64,000 nucleotides of DNA from Raillietiella orientalis (lineage: Eukaryota), in the NCBI GenBank assembly GCA_036172245.1, contig JAYWIR010000054.1:310001-374000 (forward strand), read 5' to 3'. The notes under the pieces were generated by a model, which was not told the DNA's origin, ran no database searches, and was given only the letters and a program-made list of their open reading frames with translations. Below, one piece after another: positions 50,640 to 63,920 of this stretch. Every line of letters begins with the position of its first letter. The first letter of the stretch is position 1. The position numbers were made by a program, and so were the translations under genes.

Positions 50640-53600
50640 CGGAAACAAAGAAACAACAAACATTAACACAGAGTAACCGAAAATACGAAGAGCAATCCCA
50701 ATGCAAGTCAATCAAAATCTTCCAGACACCTGCAGGGAAGCAATAGACCAACATGCATCATTCAAACAAAACTTAAATTTTACACTTCATAATGGAAACA
50801 GAAATGAAAAAAGACTGCGAACTTCAAAACAATTCCATAAACTAGGAACATAAACAGAATCCATTATCCCTGAAACTACCCTTTCACACGATAATTATGC
50901 TCCTATAGGAAAATCTTACTAATGCATGTTTGCCAGGGGACCTTTTTTGCCCTCAGATATTCTAATATGATCAAGGCATATTCAATGGTACCTCTGAATT
51001 CAATAAACTTTCAACAAAACTAGCTCAAATGATAAAGGAAACTTTTGATTTTGCACTTCAGATAGAATGCCACTACTGTACCTAAGTGATTCTTGCTACT
51101 TCAAAAAAATTTCCTTACGGAATTCAACAATTTATGTGGTGAGATGAAATAATAATTAAAGGCTGACAAATAAAACAACCAAAAAAAAAATAAAAAGATG
51201 TGCCTGACTTTCAATGAAGTCAGAAATTCACTTAGCAAACAGTGAATACACTAGCACAGATTTCAGCCAGAAATGAAAATGAGAATTAGAAGCAAATTTG
51301 TCATTTTCCTTCTTCCTTTCGACTCTATTCCATGGGACAACAACCTTTAGCAAATGCATTGCAATACTGTATCTTCAGGTAGCATGGATTAAAGATGAAT
51401 ATACAGACATCATTAAAGAACACATGCCTAATAACGAAGTTTTATGATGGACACAACTTTTGCAGTGATGTACCAAGACAATCAGATATTAGGTTAGGAA
51501 TCAGATTCACATATGCAATCTTGGCACACCTTACTATATTTAGACAGGACCACAATATACAAATTTTGAACTGTTCCCCCCTCTTTTGTTGATGCTTCAT
51601 TTTACCTTCAGAAATTCATTTTTCATTAAGTAAGTGTAATGTCTTTTTCAGAGATCTAAGTTTAAGATTCATTTCAATCAATGATGATATCTTCAACATT
51701 TCAATTTGCATGCAACAAACTAATTTTATATTATAGTTTCCAGAAACACTTATACATGTACTAAAAGAAATTCCTTTAAATGCCTTCTTTTCAAGTTACC
51801 TTCATATACTGAATGCTATCTTCATGATAATACTCCATACAGTCCATAGCAGTTCACAAAATGACTGCCATGAGGTATTTTTGCAATTTAAGTACTAATA
51901 AACCATTCATGCAATACTGTTTGCCTTCATACAATACATCAAGCTTATTTAGAAAGCACACACTGACTGCCAACTGTAAGAGTACTGTTAAAACCTTTTA
52001 ACTACTTCTGAATTCCACATCATTGTTTCTATAACACAGTGAATATAAGATTCCTCTTCGGGTTTTGTTTGCATGGCTGGCAAATACTCTCAACTTGAAT
52101 GCACCACAGTCCAGTAAATCTCTGAAGAATTATTATAATAGTTATGTTGTATGTACTCTGAGAGTCTTTTGGGTTTCTGCAATTTTAAGTATCCATTAGA
52201 TACTTTAAACAATTCAAACAATTAAAACAACAGTAAAATTACAGAAAAGTCTGAACATTTTCCCATAAATGGTAACTACCAATATGCAATGCACCCTCAT
52301 TTTCTCCTAATTGGTCCATTTGTCCATCAAAGACCAAAGGGAACATCAATCAGATAGTTGAAATTAGATGACTCTTTCATTGTTTCATCATTTTCAAAGC
52401 TTTCTGAGAACTTTCATTTTTGAAGAAGAGTTGTATTCATGAGCTTCCTTGTTTCAGGTCATTTCATTTTACTTGCTTTCTCAAGTGAACAAGTTCTCAG
52501 TGCTTGTCAACAATGACCCTCTAAATTTGGCACATCAACTTTTGTAACCTTATTATTATGTTCACTCCTTTGTAAAAGTCAAAAGTTCTTTACACTGCTG
52601 AAGTTTCCTCCAAATCTTCACGTCTTTTTCATGTTTCCTTCATTCCTTTTTAAACATCCAAAACAAACTCCCATCATCCAGGCTTAGTACCATGGCAATT
52701 ACTTTTTAACTGTCTCAAAAGAAATTCCAAGGAAAGAAACTTTAGCATCTTCAGTGTTCTGGATTCGATATGAATTGAATAAATGCTTTCTTTTTTGAGT
52801 CTCTTCTGAGGAAACTTTCTCAATGTTTAAGACTTGCACCCTTCAAATATTTGTAATATAGGTAGTCTTCTTTTCGGATTACAAACCAAAAAGGAACTCC
52901 TATCCTCTTCCTTGAGCTGATGAACATTGCAATCTCAAGTTTCAAAGTTGTTTTGTAATGTATAGAACTACCGAAGGTACATAATCTTTGCATAATCATT
53001 CATTATTCATTATATACTTTCATTGCATCTTCATTAAACAGTACAGCAGTTTTTCTTCTATTGTAGAAATTAAAAATGAAAGTGCTTCCTTAGTTTTCAT
53101 GAAAGGACTTATCATAGAAATAAACACGCAAGATTATGGATTTCAGCCCACTTAAATTACTTCGCTGTGATTTTCACATGCTTATCAAGTTGCTCTTCAA
53201 CAAATGCAAGAACTAAAGTGTAGGTTACATTATCCTTATCCAAGAAATGCTGAAGAATTGTGCATGCGGAAATGCCATCCACATCAACATGAGGTACAAT
53301 CAAAATTCTCCAGAAATGAACGATTCATTGAATTGACATTCTGATACTTTCAATGTTTGAAGGAAAAAGACCAAGGTTGTTAAAATCTTCAAAAAGCCGT
53401 TTCAAAATGCGAGGTCACATTTCCTGCAAACTTGCTCACAGCGTATGCTTGTATACATTCTTAACTTTGTACTGACCACGGTGACGAATTCTATGACTTT
53501 TGTTTTGACCGTGTCAAGGAATTCTTCAAGGTAAAGGAAAACTTCCACATACCTTTGTGACTAAAGTGAAACAAGTCTCTTTTGGAATTCGTCGTAAAAG

Positions 53601-54900
53601 GACCTTGCAGGAGAGTGCACTTCGGCAAACATCATACACAAAACTTTATATTCACTTCGGCATACACGCAGCTGTTCTGAAAAATGCTTTCGTAATTGGA
53701 ATCTACCAATTCATAACCAGCGCATTCAATACAAAAGTAGGATCACGCTACTCACATGGAACTTGATGGTTTAACTTGTGCGTCCTTATTCGAGCACACC
53801 TGTATGACCGGCCCAAGTTTGAAAAGCCCTTCGGCCTTTTGATCTGTGGTTTCTGCCACCCTTTGGATCCCCAAAATGGAATCCCGTCTCAAGGAAGCAA
53901 TGACTTGCTGCCAGGTGGTGCGCACTGCTGCTTCCCGCCAAGGGCCGTGCTGAGACCCAAAATTCCCAATCTTTCGTAACTGCCCCAACTGTGGTCATAT
54001 CACGAGAAGGAACTGGTCGTAAAAAAATATGTTGGAGGAAACTCGATGAATCAGGGGATACTTCTTCAATTAAAAAAAAAAAAAAAATAGCCTCTGATAA
54101 AATGTAATAAAATGTTGAGCCTGCCGGTATGTTTGCATACCATTCATGTCTTAGGGAACACCGCATGTGTTCTAGAGGAATCACCATGAAAGTGTGAAAA
54201 ACCAAGAATTGAGACAAATTCAGGTGATCTGAATGTATTGCGATAAAGTGCAAGATCATTTTTGAAATCTACGGAAGTGAAAACTTGAATTGAACACTAC
54301 CACAAGTCTTTCTCTGGAAGAGAAAAAGCTAGCAAAGGAACTAAGAATTTGACAATAAAGCACATTTAGGATTGCCTTCCTTTCATGAAGTTGAATAGAA
54401 GAATGAGACTTTATAAAAGATGTAACTTCATGAATTGCGAATGAATGTCGGAACAGCACGTATTCACAGTATGGTGAGTGGAATTGATGAAGCTTACATG
54501 AGGAGTTTTACGATTGCCGGTTTTCACAAGGTTCATGGTCTACGTTGTTATCTCAGTGCCAAGTCGCCATCTATGCAAGATATGTAGTGAGCTCAACATT
54601 CGAGGACAAACTAATAATGAAAGTTGAGAAATGATATGCATCTGCAATGTTGGAAATGCTAAGCGAATTTCGAAATTGTGAGAACAAGACTTGCAAACCA
54701 ACGTTGTCCCTCTTTCATTGCAAATATAACAGTATACTAATGATTTCAGTTTTATAAACGATTTAAAATCCAACACACGAAGAAATAACACGATGAACTA
54801 TACTGAAGATCCAAAACAGTCAAATTAATCCGACACATAACACATTTCACTGACCTTGAGTTTGAACTTTCAAAGTAGCACGAAAAATAAGGAAACGCAC
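50640..54900 (-). other. Unique AT-rich, strand-asymmetric region; possible intron or long UTR of an unidentified minus-strand transcript
   Basis: No window repeats, no long ORF, G-poor plus strand; GT donor-like sites on the minus strand near 53754 and 54963. Confidence 0.3.
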
Positions 54901-56998
54901 ATACCCCCCTCCCTCTCCAGATCGCTGATGGGCCCATAAAACACCAGAAAGCAGAAATCCTACCTGTTCCTTCCCTTCCTCTTCTTCACGACACCATCCT
55001 TCTTCCAGACAGAACTCGACGCTCCCAGTCCTGGCGAAGACCCTTTAGCAACATGCTGGAAGCGTTCCCGAGGAACCAAAAATTACTTGCCAAGCCCCTG
55101 AGCTCTATGCCTCAGGGAAAGACTCTCCCTGTGAAGTGCTGCGACAGCGAAGGTTTAGTGGAGTCCTCCGTGGGCGGGGGAGGAAGCCGGAAGGCGGATG
55201 TGTCGGAACGGCAGAAGCAGCAGTGGGTGGAGGTGCACCTTGGGACCACATCGAAGAGCGCAACGGCAATCGCCATTTTGCTCTGCGACCAGATGAGCAG
55301 CGGGACCGGGACCGGAAAGCTCCCTTGCCTTGATCTTCCGCTAAACTGAGGTCAAAGGAAAACCGGAACCCGAAGACAAAGGCGGGAGCAGAACAAGAGG
55401 CACCAGCACGCTACAGGGCTTAGCAGCAGCAGCAGACTGCCCGAAAGAGGCTGCCGAGGTTTAGCATTGGGAGAAGCTGCGAAGTACTGTCGGTGGGAAT
55501 CCCGTCGCGGGAAGTCGCGCTGCGAGCATCCGGCTAGCCGCGACGCGATCTCCGCTTCGCGTTGCGGCGGAGTCTCAGAAACGCGAAATCTCCCCTTACA
55601 AGGCGGAAGGGCGCCCCGTCGCAGGAAGGAGGCAATGGAACGTCTTCTACCCGAAAGGTGGCCAAAGTAGGGCCGCAACGTGTGCGGGATGCCGAACCAT
55701 TTGTTCAGTGAATGGAAGGCACTCTGGAAGGGTCCAGAACAAGAAACGGGAGCTTTTCCTCCTCTTACCTTACTGGGACGTGATAGGATGGAACGACGGA
55801 CACGAGATCGAATTACACGGAGGGTTTTCCATCCTCTTTCCAGAATGTAGCTCTCTTTGTCTCTGGAACACTTCCTTGTTTGCTTTCACCTTTCAACAGG
55901 ACCTCCACTCAACCCTCAGGGGAGTTCAGTTGTTCTTGCCCTCGCTTCTTGAGCGTTTCCCTCCTGCAGGATGGCATGGCCCATCCTGTGCTCCCACCAT
56001 CCGAGGATGAAAAGGAAGCTGCTGCTAAGAAACTATATCTTCGAAGCAAAGCAGTTGACTGACTTGCTTTGAGTCCCACCTCCAAGAAGAGCACGGAAGT
56101 CACCCTTCGAGATGGGGGAAGCAATTCGGAAGGCTACAGGAAACCCGACCTCCTGTTTCGCCTCGACCGGCTTGGAAGATGTAGCCGGAGGCAAGTGCGT
56201 TCCCTGGCCATGAGGGCGCTACAAGAGAGCACGTAACGTAGGAGGCTGCGGATGCTCGCGAGCTGGTCTCCTAGAGCAAGTGCTCCAGTGGCGAGAAAGA
56301 TGGTCCCTCGCACACGCTGCAGCAGACCAACCGTGACACGGAGCCGTGGTCGCGTGCGCCACCGTAGTCGATCCGGGACGCATGAACAGAATTCCGCAGA
56401 TACCTTCCAGCACCACTATGCAAATCATCTTGTTATCGGACCCTTTGCTCCCTCGCTCGGGGGAAGCGTGGTGCGATCCAGACTGGAGACTAGGCAGATG
56501 GATCTCCGGTGTTACCGAGGCGATTCGGCGCCAGGTAAGGGGAGAGTCTGTGGAGCAGGTGCACGCTCCAATGCCCGACTGCGCTACCAGACGACTGCTA
56601 AGAAGCCCTATCTTCGAAGAGGAGGGGGAAGATTTCCAGAAACAGGGACCATCGAGTTCCTGGAGGTTCCTGCCTCCATTCGTCTAGACCGAGCCTGAGA
56701 CTGCACGTGGACCTCCCACGGGTACAGAGTGGCATCAAGGATCGGCACATCGCTCCGAAGGTTTTATCATCTTGCGAATTCTAGTCTAGAAGAATTCACC
56801 AACAGCCCAAGCGACGAACTGCTGCACCGCACGTTCGCGTGGAATCCACAGAGGAATGGGGGGAATTGCACAAGCACACCCCACGCGTGTCCGAAAGCAA
56901 CTGCTCACCACTGCCACGCAGCGAAACGAATAGACCGATTCGTACAGCGGACCGATCCCGGAGGACCCCCTTGAGGAATCTGGGTTCAAAATCCCAAA

Positions 56999-57372
56999 CC
57001 ATGAAAACCCCGAAAGATCTCAGAAATGCATTAACTTTTATATGTATTTATTTTCAACATATGCATTCATTTCTCATTATCTTCATAAGATATATCTATA
57101 TCTATATAGAAATTCATATACTAACATATAATGAGCATATTGTAAATTGTATCAATAATATGCATGTGAATAAGCTTTAATTTGTGTGTATGTTGAAATA
57201 CATTCGTATATTAATTTATATATGAATGTATATACGTTAATATACATAATAGGCATGTATATTTATTTTTTATAATCACTGTAATATATATTTATCTATA
57301 TCTAAATATTCGTATTAATTTGTACGATAAACATGTGTATGTATTTGCAAGATCCTTCAGGATTTCAATCGG
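56999..57372. mobile_element. AT-rich MITE-like element with ~30-bp imperfect terminal inverted repeats
   Basis: Left ccatgaaaaccccgaaagatctcagaaat versus right atttgcaagatccttcaggatttcaatcgg. Confidence 0.55.
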
Positions 57373-58269
57373 CACGGTCCTTTGGCAACCCTTGCTCAGG
57401 CGACGATCCTCCGGAAACGCCGAATGCTTCGGTCAGCCTTGTCCGTTCATCGCGTTCTTATTTTAGAAGGACGAACCTATTCTGAGGGAGAAGGGAGTGC
57501 AGCCATGGGGCACAGACGGATGTGTCTTCGACAGGAGCTCACCTAGCCCTCACCCCACCGACGAGAGATGGTCGACGTAAAGGAGCCTCGGACCGCTTTC
57601 GCGGTGCGCAAACAGCGAACTTCAACAATGCGAAAGGCGGAAGCGCGCTCCCATTCCGCTTCCCAATCACCCTCCCAGGGTTGCCCCCATCCGAACAGTC
57701 GTTTCGAGCCTTTTTCAGGCGGCGAGCACTGTGGTTGCCACGAAGGGATTTGAGCGCGATTTCCGCTAGTCACCGCAGGCTCTGGCGTCACAACAGAATT
57801 ACCAAGATCAAGATGCCTCCTCCTCGTGCCAGGGATCTCTTGCTCGTATGCTTCCCGCAGCCAGTGGCAGCGAGGTCGGATGCGGAACGGAGGAAACCGT
57901 GGGGCTTTCCTCCTCCGTGTCATGAAACTGGGAATCATCACGGTGCGTGCAGTCCGTTCACTTTCCATCAGGACGAGCCTGTGGCCTGGGAACATCCATG
58001 GTAGTTCTCAGAGACCGTGCGGGACATCGCAAGCAGGCCGGCACACGGGTACGCAAACCAGGAAGTCGGAAGCAGTTTCAACTGCCTGAGGGCTGGCTAG
58101 TCATCGGAAGTCTTCTGCAATCTTGCACTTTTACTTCGCAGTCAGGGACCGACGGCATTCACGAATTCACTGCCTGTGTGAAATGGCAACCGATTGGTAG
58201 GTAGGCCTAGAAACGAAAGTCGACCTCAAACCAAATCGTTCGTCCCAGTGCTCCGATGGCAACCCTGAA

Positions 58270-58375
58270 AGTCATCCCTCCCCAAGCGTGAGAGGAACGG
58301 ACTCCGAGCCCTTCCTGGATTCATAGGGCGGACCCCATACCGGGGTGCCCCCTATCCTGAAGGTCTTGCACGTCG
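58270..58375 (+). mobile_element. Family D fragment
   Basis: ccctcccaagcgtgagaggaa...ggattcataggg matches 45561-45620. Confidence 0.75.
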
Positions 58376-58409
58376 GTCAGCGAGGGTTCCCTTCCATCAC
58401 CGATGACAA

Positions 58410-58600
58410 AACGGTGATGAATCCAAAAAACCGGATCATGCAATTGCGCCTCATCTGATGATCCGGAAAGATCCTTCCCATCTCCCGATCCCATGCATCT
58501 TCGCATACATGCCAAGTGAATTGCAGGATCCTAAAGCCAGATTGTGACCTCAAGCCAAATGGTCTTTCATCGACCATTGAGAACCGCTCAATGAAGTCAG
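58410..58600 (-). mobile_element. Degraded L1/Tx1-like 3' tip
   Basis: attcacttggc...gaaggatctttccggatc resembles 36249-36260 and 10927-10945. Confidence 0.4.
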
Positions 58601-58621
58601 CCAATTTCGGGTCTGGTGCAA

Positions 58622-59502
58622 AATCTCTAAAGATCTTAAAAATAAATAAATACGTATGCTTGCTATATTAATATAAGGTCTATTAATATGTTGATATGCA
58701 TAATTGATATGCATCCTAAAATATATCATTAAGATAATGATGTATACGTGTGTTTGTTATATATATTAATATATTGTATATGAGTATATGCATTGATATA
58801 TAAATTAACACAGAAATTAATACATAAATCAATATACTAATTTACTTTAGCATACATATTTATTAGTGCAATTAAAAATATGTATTAATGTACATTATTA
58901 ATATATCTAGTGAAGATTTTACGAATAGACATATATACTAATATGTAATCACGTTTTTATCCCGCTGACGCCCTATAATTACACATGATAAACATGAACT
59001 TTTGAATATATGAATAGCGAATTATAAACAATAAAAAATGATGGTGACAATTTAAATTAAATGGAAAAAAATGGAAAAGAAAACAAATTGAAAAAACAAA
59101 AAAGAAGTTTGGTATTTCGTTTTCCTGTCACTTCGAATATCCAACGGAAACCTTCGCAGGAAATCACGCATTTTATTTTCGGGGTTGCCATTGTTCGATA
59201 AATACACGTTTATAATTCGATATTTGTAAATTCATTTCATGCATATTTATTTTATTATCTTTAATGTATATATTAATATATATTACCACATGTTCTTAAT
59301 TATTTTAATAAATGTGTGTGTTAAAGCAAATATGCATTTTAATCCATATATCTATGTATATGTATATTCAAACAAACAAGATACGAATACATTTTTATAG
59401 TATTTAAGATGTATAGTAATCTATATGGTAATTCATGTATCAATATAGATATTAATATGTACAATAAACGTATGTATTTGTTTTTTGTGCTCTAGAGAGA
59501 TT
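58622..59502. mobile_element. AT-rich MITE-like element
   Basis: Left aatctctaaagatcttaaaaataaataaatacgt versus the reverse complement of the right end, aatctctctagagcacaaaaaacaaatacatacgt. Confidence 0.45.
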
Positions 59503-60399
59503 CCGACAGTCGAGATGTGGAGAAGTGCAAATCGGGAAGGAGAAGGTGTTACTTCGCTGAAATCTGAAAATGTAGGGTGATGCGACAGCAGTCGTTGTGG
59601 AGAGGTTGAAAGGACGCAGGTGGTGCTTCACAGCGACAACAGGTGATTGATGGTAAGCACGTTTGCAGTCCCGATTTCGGATGGGGAATCCTTCTTAAAA
59701 AGCACTTCTGAATGAGAAGGAAAGTCGTGACATTTCCGAAGTTGCTTCTCGAAATGACGGCGTTGGCGTGCGAAGAGAAACCAACTGTTATTCACGCCCA
59801 CAGGACAGGATGCTGTCGCATGCTTTGACATCGGGCGTGAAATCCCGGATGCATGTGCAGACCGTACGCTTGACTCAGACGAAAAGTATGGTTCTTGTGG
59901 GGATGCGTTCACTGAGAAATAACGGAGACCCAGGGTCGCTTTCTACCACGTCGGGACCAGCGCTCTTCAGACATTGCCGTTCATACTTCTCCCCCTGCGT
60001 TCTCTCCACAACCTCCCTCTGGGAGATGTACGTCTCGAAGAAGTCTGCCCGTTTCGCCGTCACATCCTTAGCAGCAGCGCTCTTTGCTCTAAGGGAAAGA
60101 AACGACAGTTGCCAACCTACGGGCTGGTTCTTCTTCTTTACCACCCGTGACCAAACTACTGGGCAGCTGAAAGGTGAGTGAGCTGATGGACAGCGATACT
60201 CGTTATCGAGCAAAGGGACGGCTTCGATGGAGCGACTTTCTTAGTGTGTGACCACGGAAGCACGATCGGTAAGCAAGAATAGGCAGCAGTCGTCGAGGAA
60301 GCGGAAGAGCGGCTCTGCGGAGGAAGAAACACGGTGTCCTTTACGATGTCCACGCTACAAAAGGGGGACGCGAGAACAGTGGCCCGGTGAAGAGCGGGA

Positions 60400-61330
60400 T
60401 TACAATGTGGCACTCTGTGCCACTTTTTGCTCCCCTCACTTGGGCGCGTTCCAGCAGGCCACTTCTTCCGGGGATGCTTCGGACGCAGTGGACTTGCTGC
60501 CGTTCGCAATTCGTCCACCCCAAACACCCCAATCCCATCGTTAGATGTTCGGCTGTACGAGAAAAAGGGACACGTGGCGGAGGACTCGGTGAATGTCCCG
60601 GGTAGACACTCTGGAACTGCGCCCAGAGAAACTTTACCCGCTGAGGAAACTCTTCTGCAAGTCTGTGGGTGGTGTCCTGCAGAACTGAATGCAAGGATTC
60701 CCGGACAGCCCTCTGGTCCCTTGCCGCAGCACCTTCTGGGCAAACGACGACAGCGGCCAACCTTCGAGGTGGGAGTTTTCCTGAGCCACTGCAGGGGCCG
60801 AGTGATGCCTCGAATGCTGGTGAACGTGGCCATGCCTCGTTTCGGTGCGGAGGGTCCTCCGCTCTCACCCTGCGCTGGAAATGTCCGAGGCTGTTCTGCC
60901 TTTCCTGCGCGGCGGTCATTTGCGTGCAACCAGCTGAGGCGTCTGGTTCTCGGGGGAATTGCCATCCCGAACCGTCGCCGGCGTGGGACGGCGCAACCCC
61001 TCCCGCATCCCTCGTTGGACCGCGGTGCTCTGGAGGCGACGACCCGTTTCGGATTTGCTGCGGCACGCTGAAGCCTTCTCCGCCTGCTCCTTCACTCACG
61101 GTGAAGGAGGAGGCGGGCGACATGAGCACGAGGAGATGCCGGATCCGCTCCATACTCGCAGTTCTGACCTTGCCTGATGGAGACTCCAAGGAGAGGTTCT
61201 TAGTGTTGCAGCTGCCTTGAAGAGGACGACTGCAAAGTGGCCTGCCAGAAAGAGGTCATGAAGTGGTAGGAAGAAGGGATCGATTGCAATACTCTTTCCT
61301 CACGTCTTTTTTTATCCATTTATTGATTCC
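60400..61330 (+). mobile_element. Subfamily G L1/Tx1-like ORF2 3' part
   Basis: GVFLSHCRGRVMPRMLVNVAMPR, FACNQLRRLVLGGIAIPN...PLPH; homologous to 26250-26710. Confidence 0.7.
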
Positions 61331-61479
61331 CTCTTTCCTTCCGCTGATGATTCCTGACAAGCCGGTCAACGTCTGGTGGTCATCCCCTGGGGACTTCTTC
61401 CCCTTTTGTTGCTGTTTCATTGATTTCCAGTAAACGTTCCGGCATGACCAGCAAGGAGTCCTCGTGAGCTGGCGCCTTC

Positions 61480-61745
61480 CTTGTCCCATGGAAATGCCGC
61501 CTCGAACTACTGCTCGGTCCTGGTAACGTGTTCGGCTATCCAGGGGACATCTGGACTCTGGAGTGTGCTCCAGTTCGCCCGGTTGCACCGTTGCTGCCGC
61601 CTCTGTTTTTACCGAGACCGAGTCCTTCGGTTAGGGATCATTTCGTTCACCCCAATCAAGGTCACGCATTGCGTGTAAGCGGACGAACACCTCCATGTGT
61701 CGAATGCGGTGAAGATCAGGACCGCAAGCAACTTGTGGTGGGAAA
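61480..61745 (+). pseudogene. Possible decayed ORF1 RRM/knuckle junction
   Basis: GHALRVSGRTPPCVECG. Confidence 0.25.
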
Positions 61746-62519
61746 GTCTCCCTTCCCATAGATCGACCTGGAATACGAGGAAGGCTGAGGATGCATCCAG
61801 AACGCCTGTCTCCTCCTCGGGAGGAAGCTCTGGAGGGCCCGGGGGGAGGGGAGGGTATCGGTCGCCGAGGATTCTCTCGGAAGCCGCAGTTAGGCGCTCA
61901 TGCAAGAAGGCGCTCGTCTCCGCGTCTGTGGACTACGGTCTACAGCGCACTCCCTCCGTGGAGACCCCAGAGTGCGGCGGTAAGGTGGGTCGGAGAGTGA
62001 CCAGCGATCCGGGATTCCCTCTTCGAGTGACCGGTGCAAGAGCAGCAGCAGGGGCCGAGGGCCGATTACGCGCGAATGGTTCGACTCTCCCTCAAGTGGT
62101 GAAACGCAGCCGCGCCCGTCGGTTAGCGGAGTGGCGGCGAGAAGAAAACCAACGCAACTCGTGGGCGTGGCGCCGCTTCGCAGGAGAGTCACTTCAGGTC
62201 GCGCGTGCTGTGATCCGTGGTCCGGAAGCTGATGAATATTGCCGTTCCCGATCACCGGATTTCGGAAGCCGATGGAGTCCGTGAAGCGATGGATCTTCCT
62301 GCGGCCCCTTCCCAAACCCCACAAGGGTGAGAGGCCGTTCTCATCGTCCGATACGGAGGGGCATGTCTCTGAGGTTTGGGGAAACGAAAGCGAAGGAAAA
62401 AGGGGAGGTTGCGAGAATCTGCAGGGCGGGCTCCTGCTGAGACCATAACGACGTAGTCCATGCAGAACATCCATCCAACCGCAGGGACAAAAAGGGAGAA
62501 AGAGGGATCCGTGCACTTG

Positions 62520-63920
62520 GAAGGTCTTGAAACAGGCCAGGACCACAGCCTGCGCGAAGCGGAGTCTGGCCAGCATTGGCAAGACGGCCATACTCATCTT
62601 CATGGCCTCAGGCAACGACTTTGTTTGTCGAAGGAAGGGGAAACACTGGGAGGGATCGCCATTGTGTGGACTGGCGCTTCCCGATTCTCCAGGAAGAAGG
62701 GGAACCGGGAGAAGATTGAGTCGTAGGATCGGAATGGGGGCTGGACGCGCGAGATTGCGTCTGAAGCATCCGGTCCTTGGTGTGTAGCAAAGGGATACGG
62801 GAGAAGCGCAGCGTCCTAGCAGCGAGCAGAACTCTCTGGAGCAGATGGCTCGTCCGAGGTGGCTGGGGAAGGGATGCAGCTGCGCATCGTCTAGACACGC
62901 GGTTCGCTTACTCGAAAGGTTGCCTTGCCGCAAGGCAAAAAAAGAAAAGGTCGGCGGACCAACGATTGGCTCGATTGGATGGGCTGCTCACATCCGAAAA
63001 GAGGGTGAGCATGTACGCACGAAGATGTCGCGGTGCCCGACAGCTCGGCAGGGGCATATGCCGAACAAAAATTGGATGAACGCAGCAAGCAAACGGGTAC
63101 GTCGGCAGGAAGTTAAGAGCTGGACCGCCGCCACGGTTCCTTGGTCACCAAGGGAGCAGAAAGCATGACTCCAAAAAGCTTCATTATTGCGCTGGGTCGA
63201 GCTGCTGGGAATCCTCGAGTGGCTTCCAGCGCTGAAGAACAACCGAGCCCTCTCCTGAGGTGGATAGAGACGGCACTTCAGCCGTTGCACTGGAGTCTGC
63301 CATGCAACTCCCGCCGGTCTCACTGGACCCGGGGGGCTGTTGGCCCGAACTGCTGCAGGTGCGGGGAACGAGAATCCAAGCTCGCGCACCTGCTCGTAGA
63401 CTCGTATTCTTCTGTGGTTGCGTTGCGCAACGACCCTTGGTGCACCAACGGACCATCCCACGGACGTGATAAGAGCCTGTGAGCGACGCCCTTTGCCTGC
63501 CGTATGCTCAGCACCTCTTTGCAACCTATGTGGGATTATAGCAGCCTGGAGCTACTCGAGAGGAGGGCAGTGAGATAGGGACGCTGCCTGCTTCGTCCTG
63601 CACTTCCTGCGGACGGCAGCTAGATGACCCGCCTGGTGCATACTCGGATGGAACTTGCCGCCATCCTGGAAAGGATGCAGATGACGCCCTTCACCACCCA
63701 ATGAACGCTTCCCAATCGCTCCAAAAGTTTTGCATATATACATTTTTTTATCTTTATTTTTGTTCTTCCCTCCCCCTCCGCTGCCGAGACGAACCTCGCC
63801 GGCCTGCGTGTCGGTTACTCGGCAGGCTGCGAACTCTTTCGGACGTTGTAGGGCCGATAACCCTACACGTGTTTGTTTGTTATTTTTTACAATGAACGCC
63901 TCGGCTCTAACGAGTGTTGA
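62520..63920 (+). mobile_element. 5'-truncated L1/Tx1-like element (post-RT region to 3' end)
   Basis: RSLASIGKTAIL, LHWSLPCNSRRSHWTRGAVGPNCCRCGERESKLAHLLVD; best-preserved UTR structure; close to 22480-23240. Confidence 0.88.

Noticed and set aside
53615..53650. cacttcggcaaacatcatacacaaaa resembles the U6 snRNA 5' end
   Set aside because: Short, needs several gaps, and there is no ACAGAGA box.
58450..58490. ctgatga...gaaa hammerhead-like core
   Set aside because: Stem I cannot form and stem II is absent; the other CTGATGA hits also lack hammerhead context.
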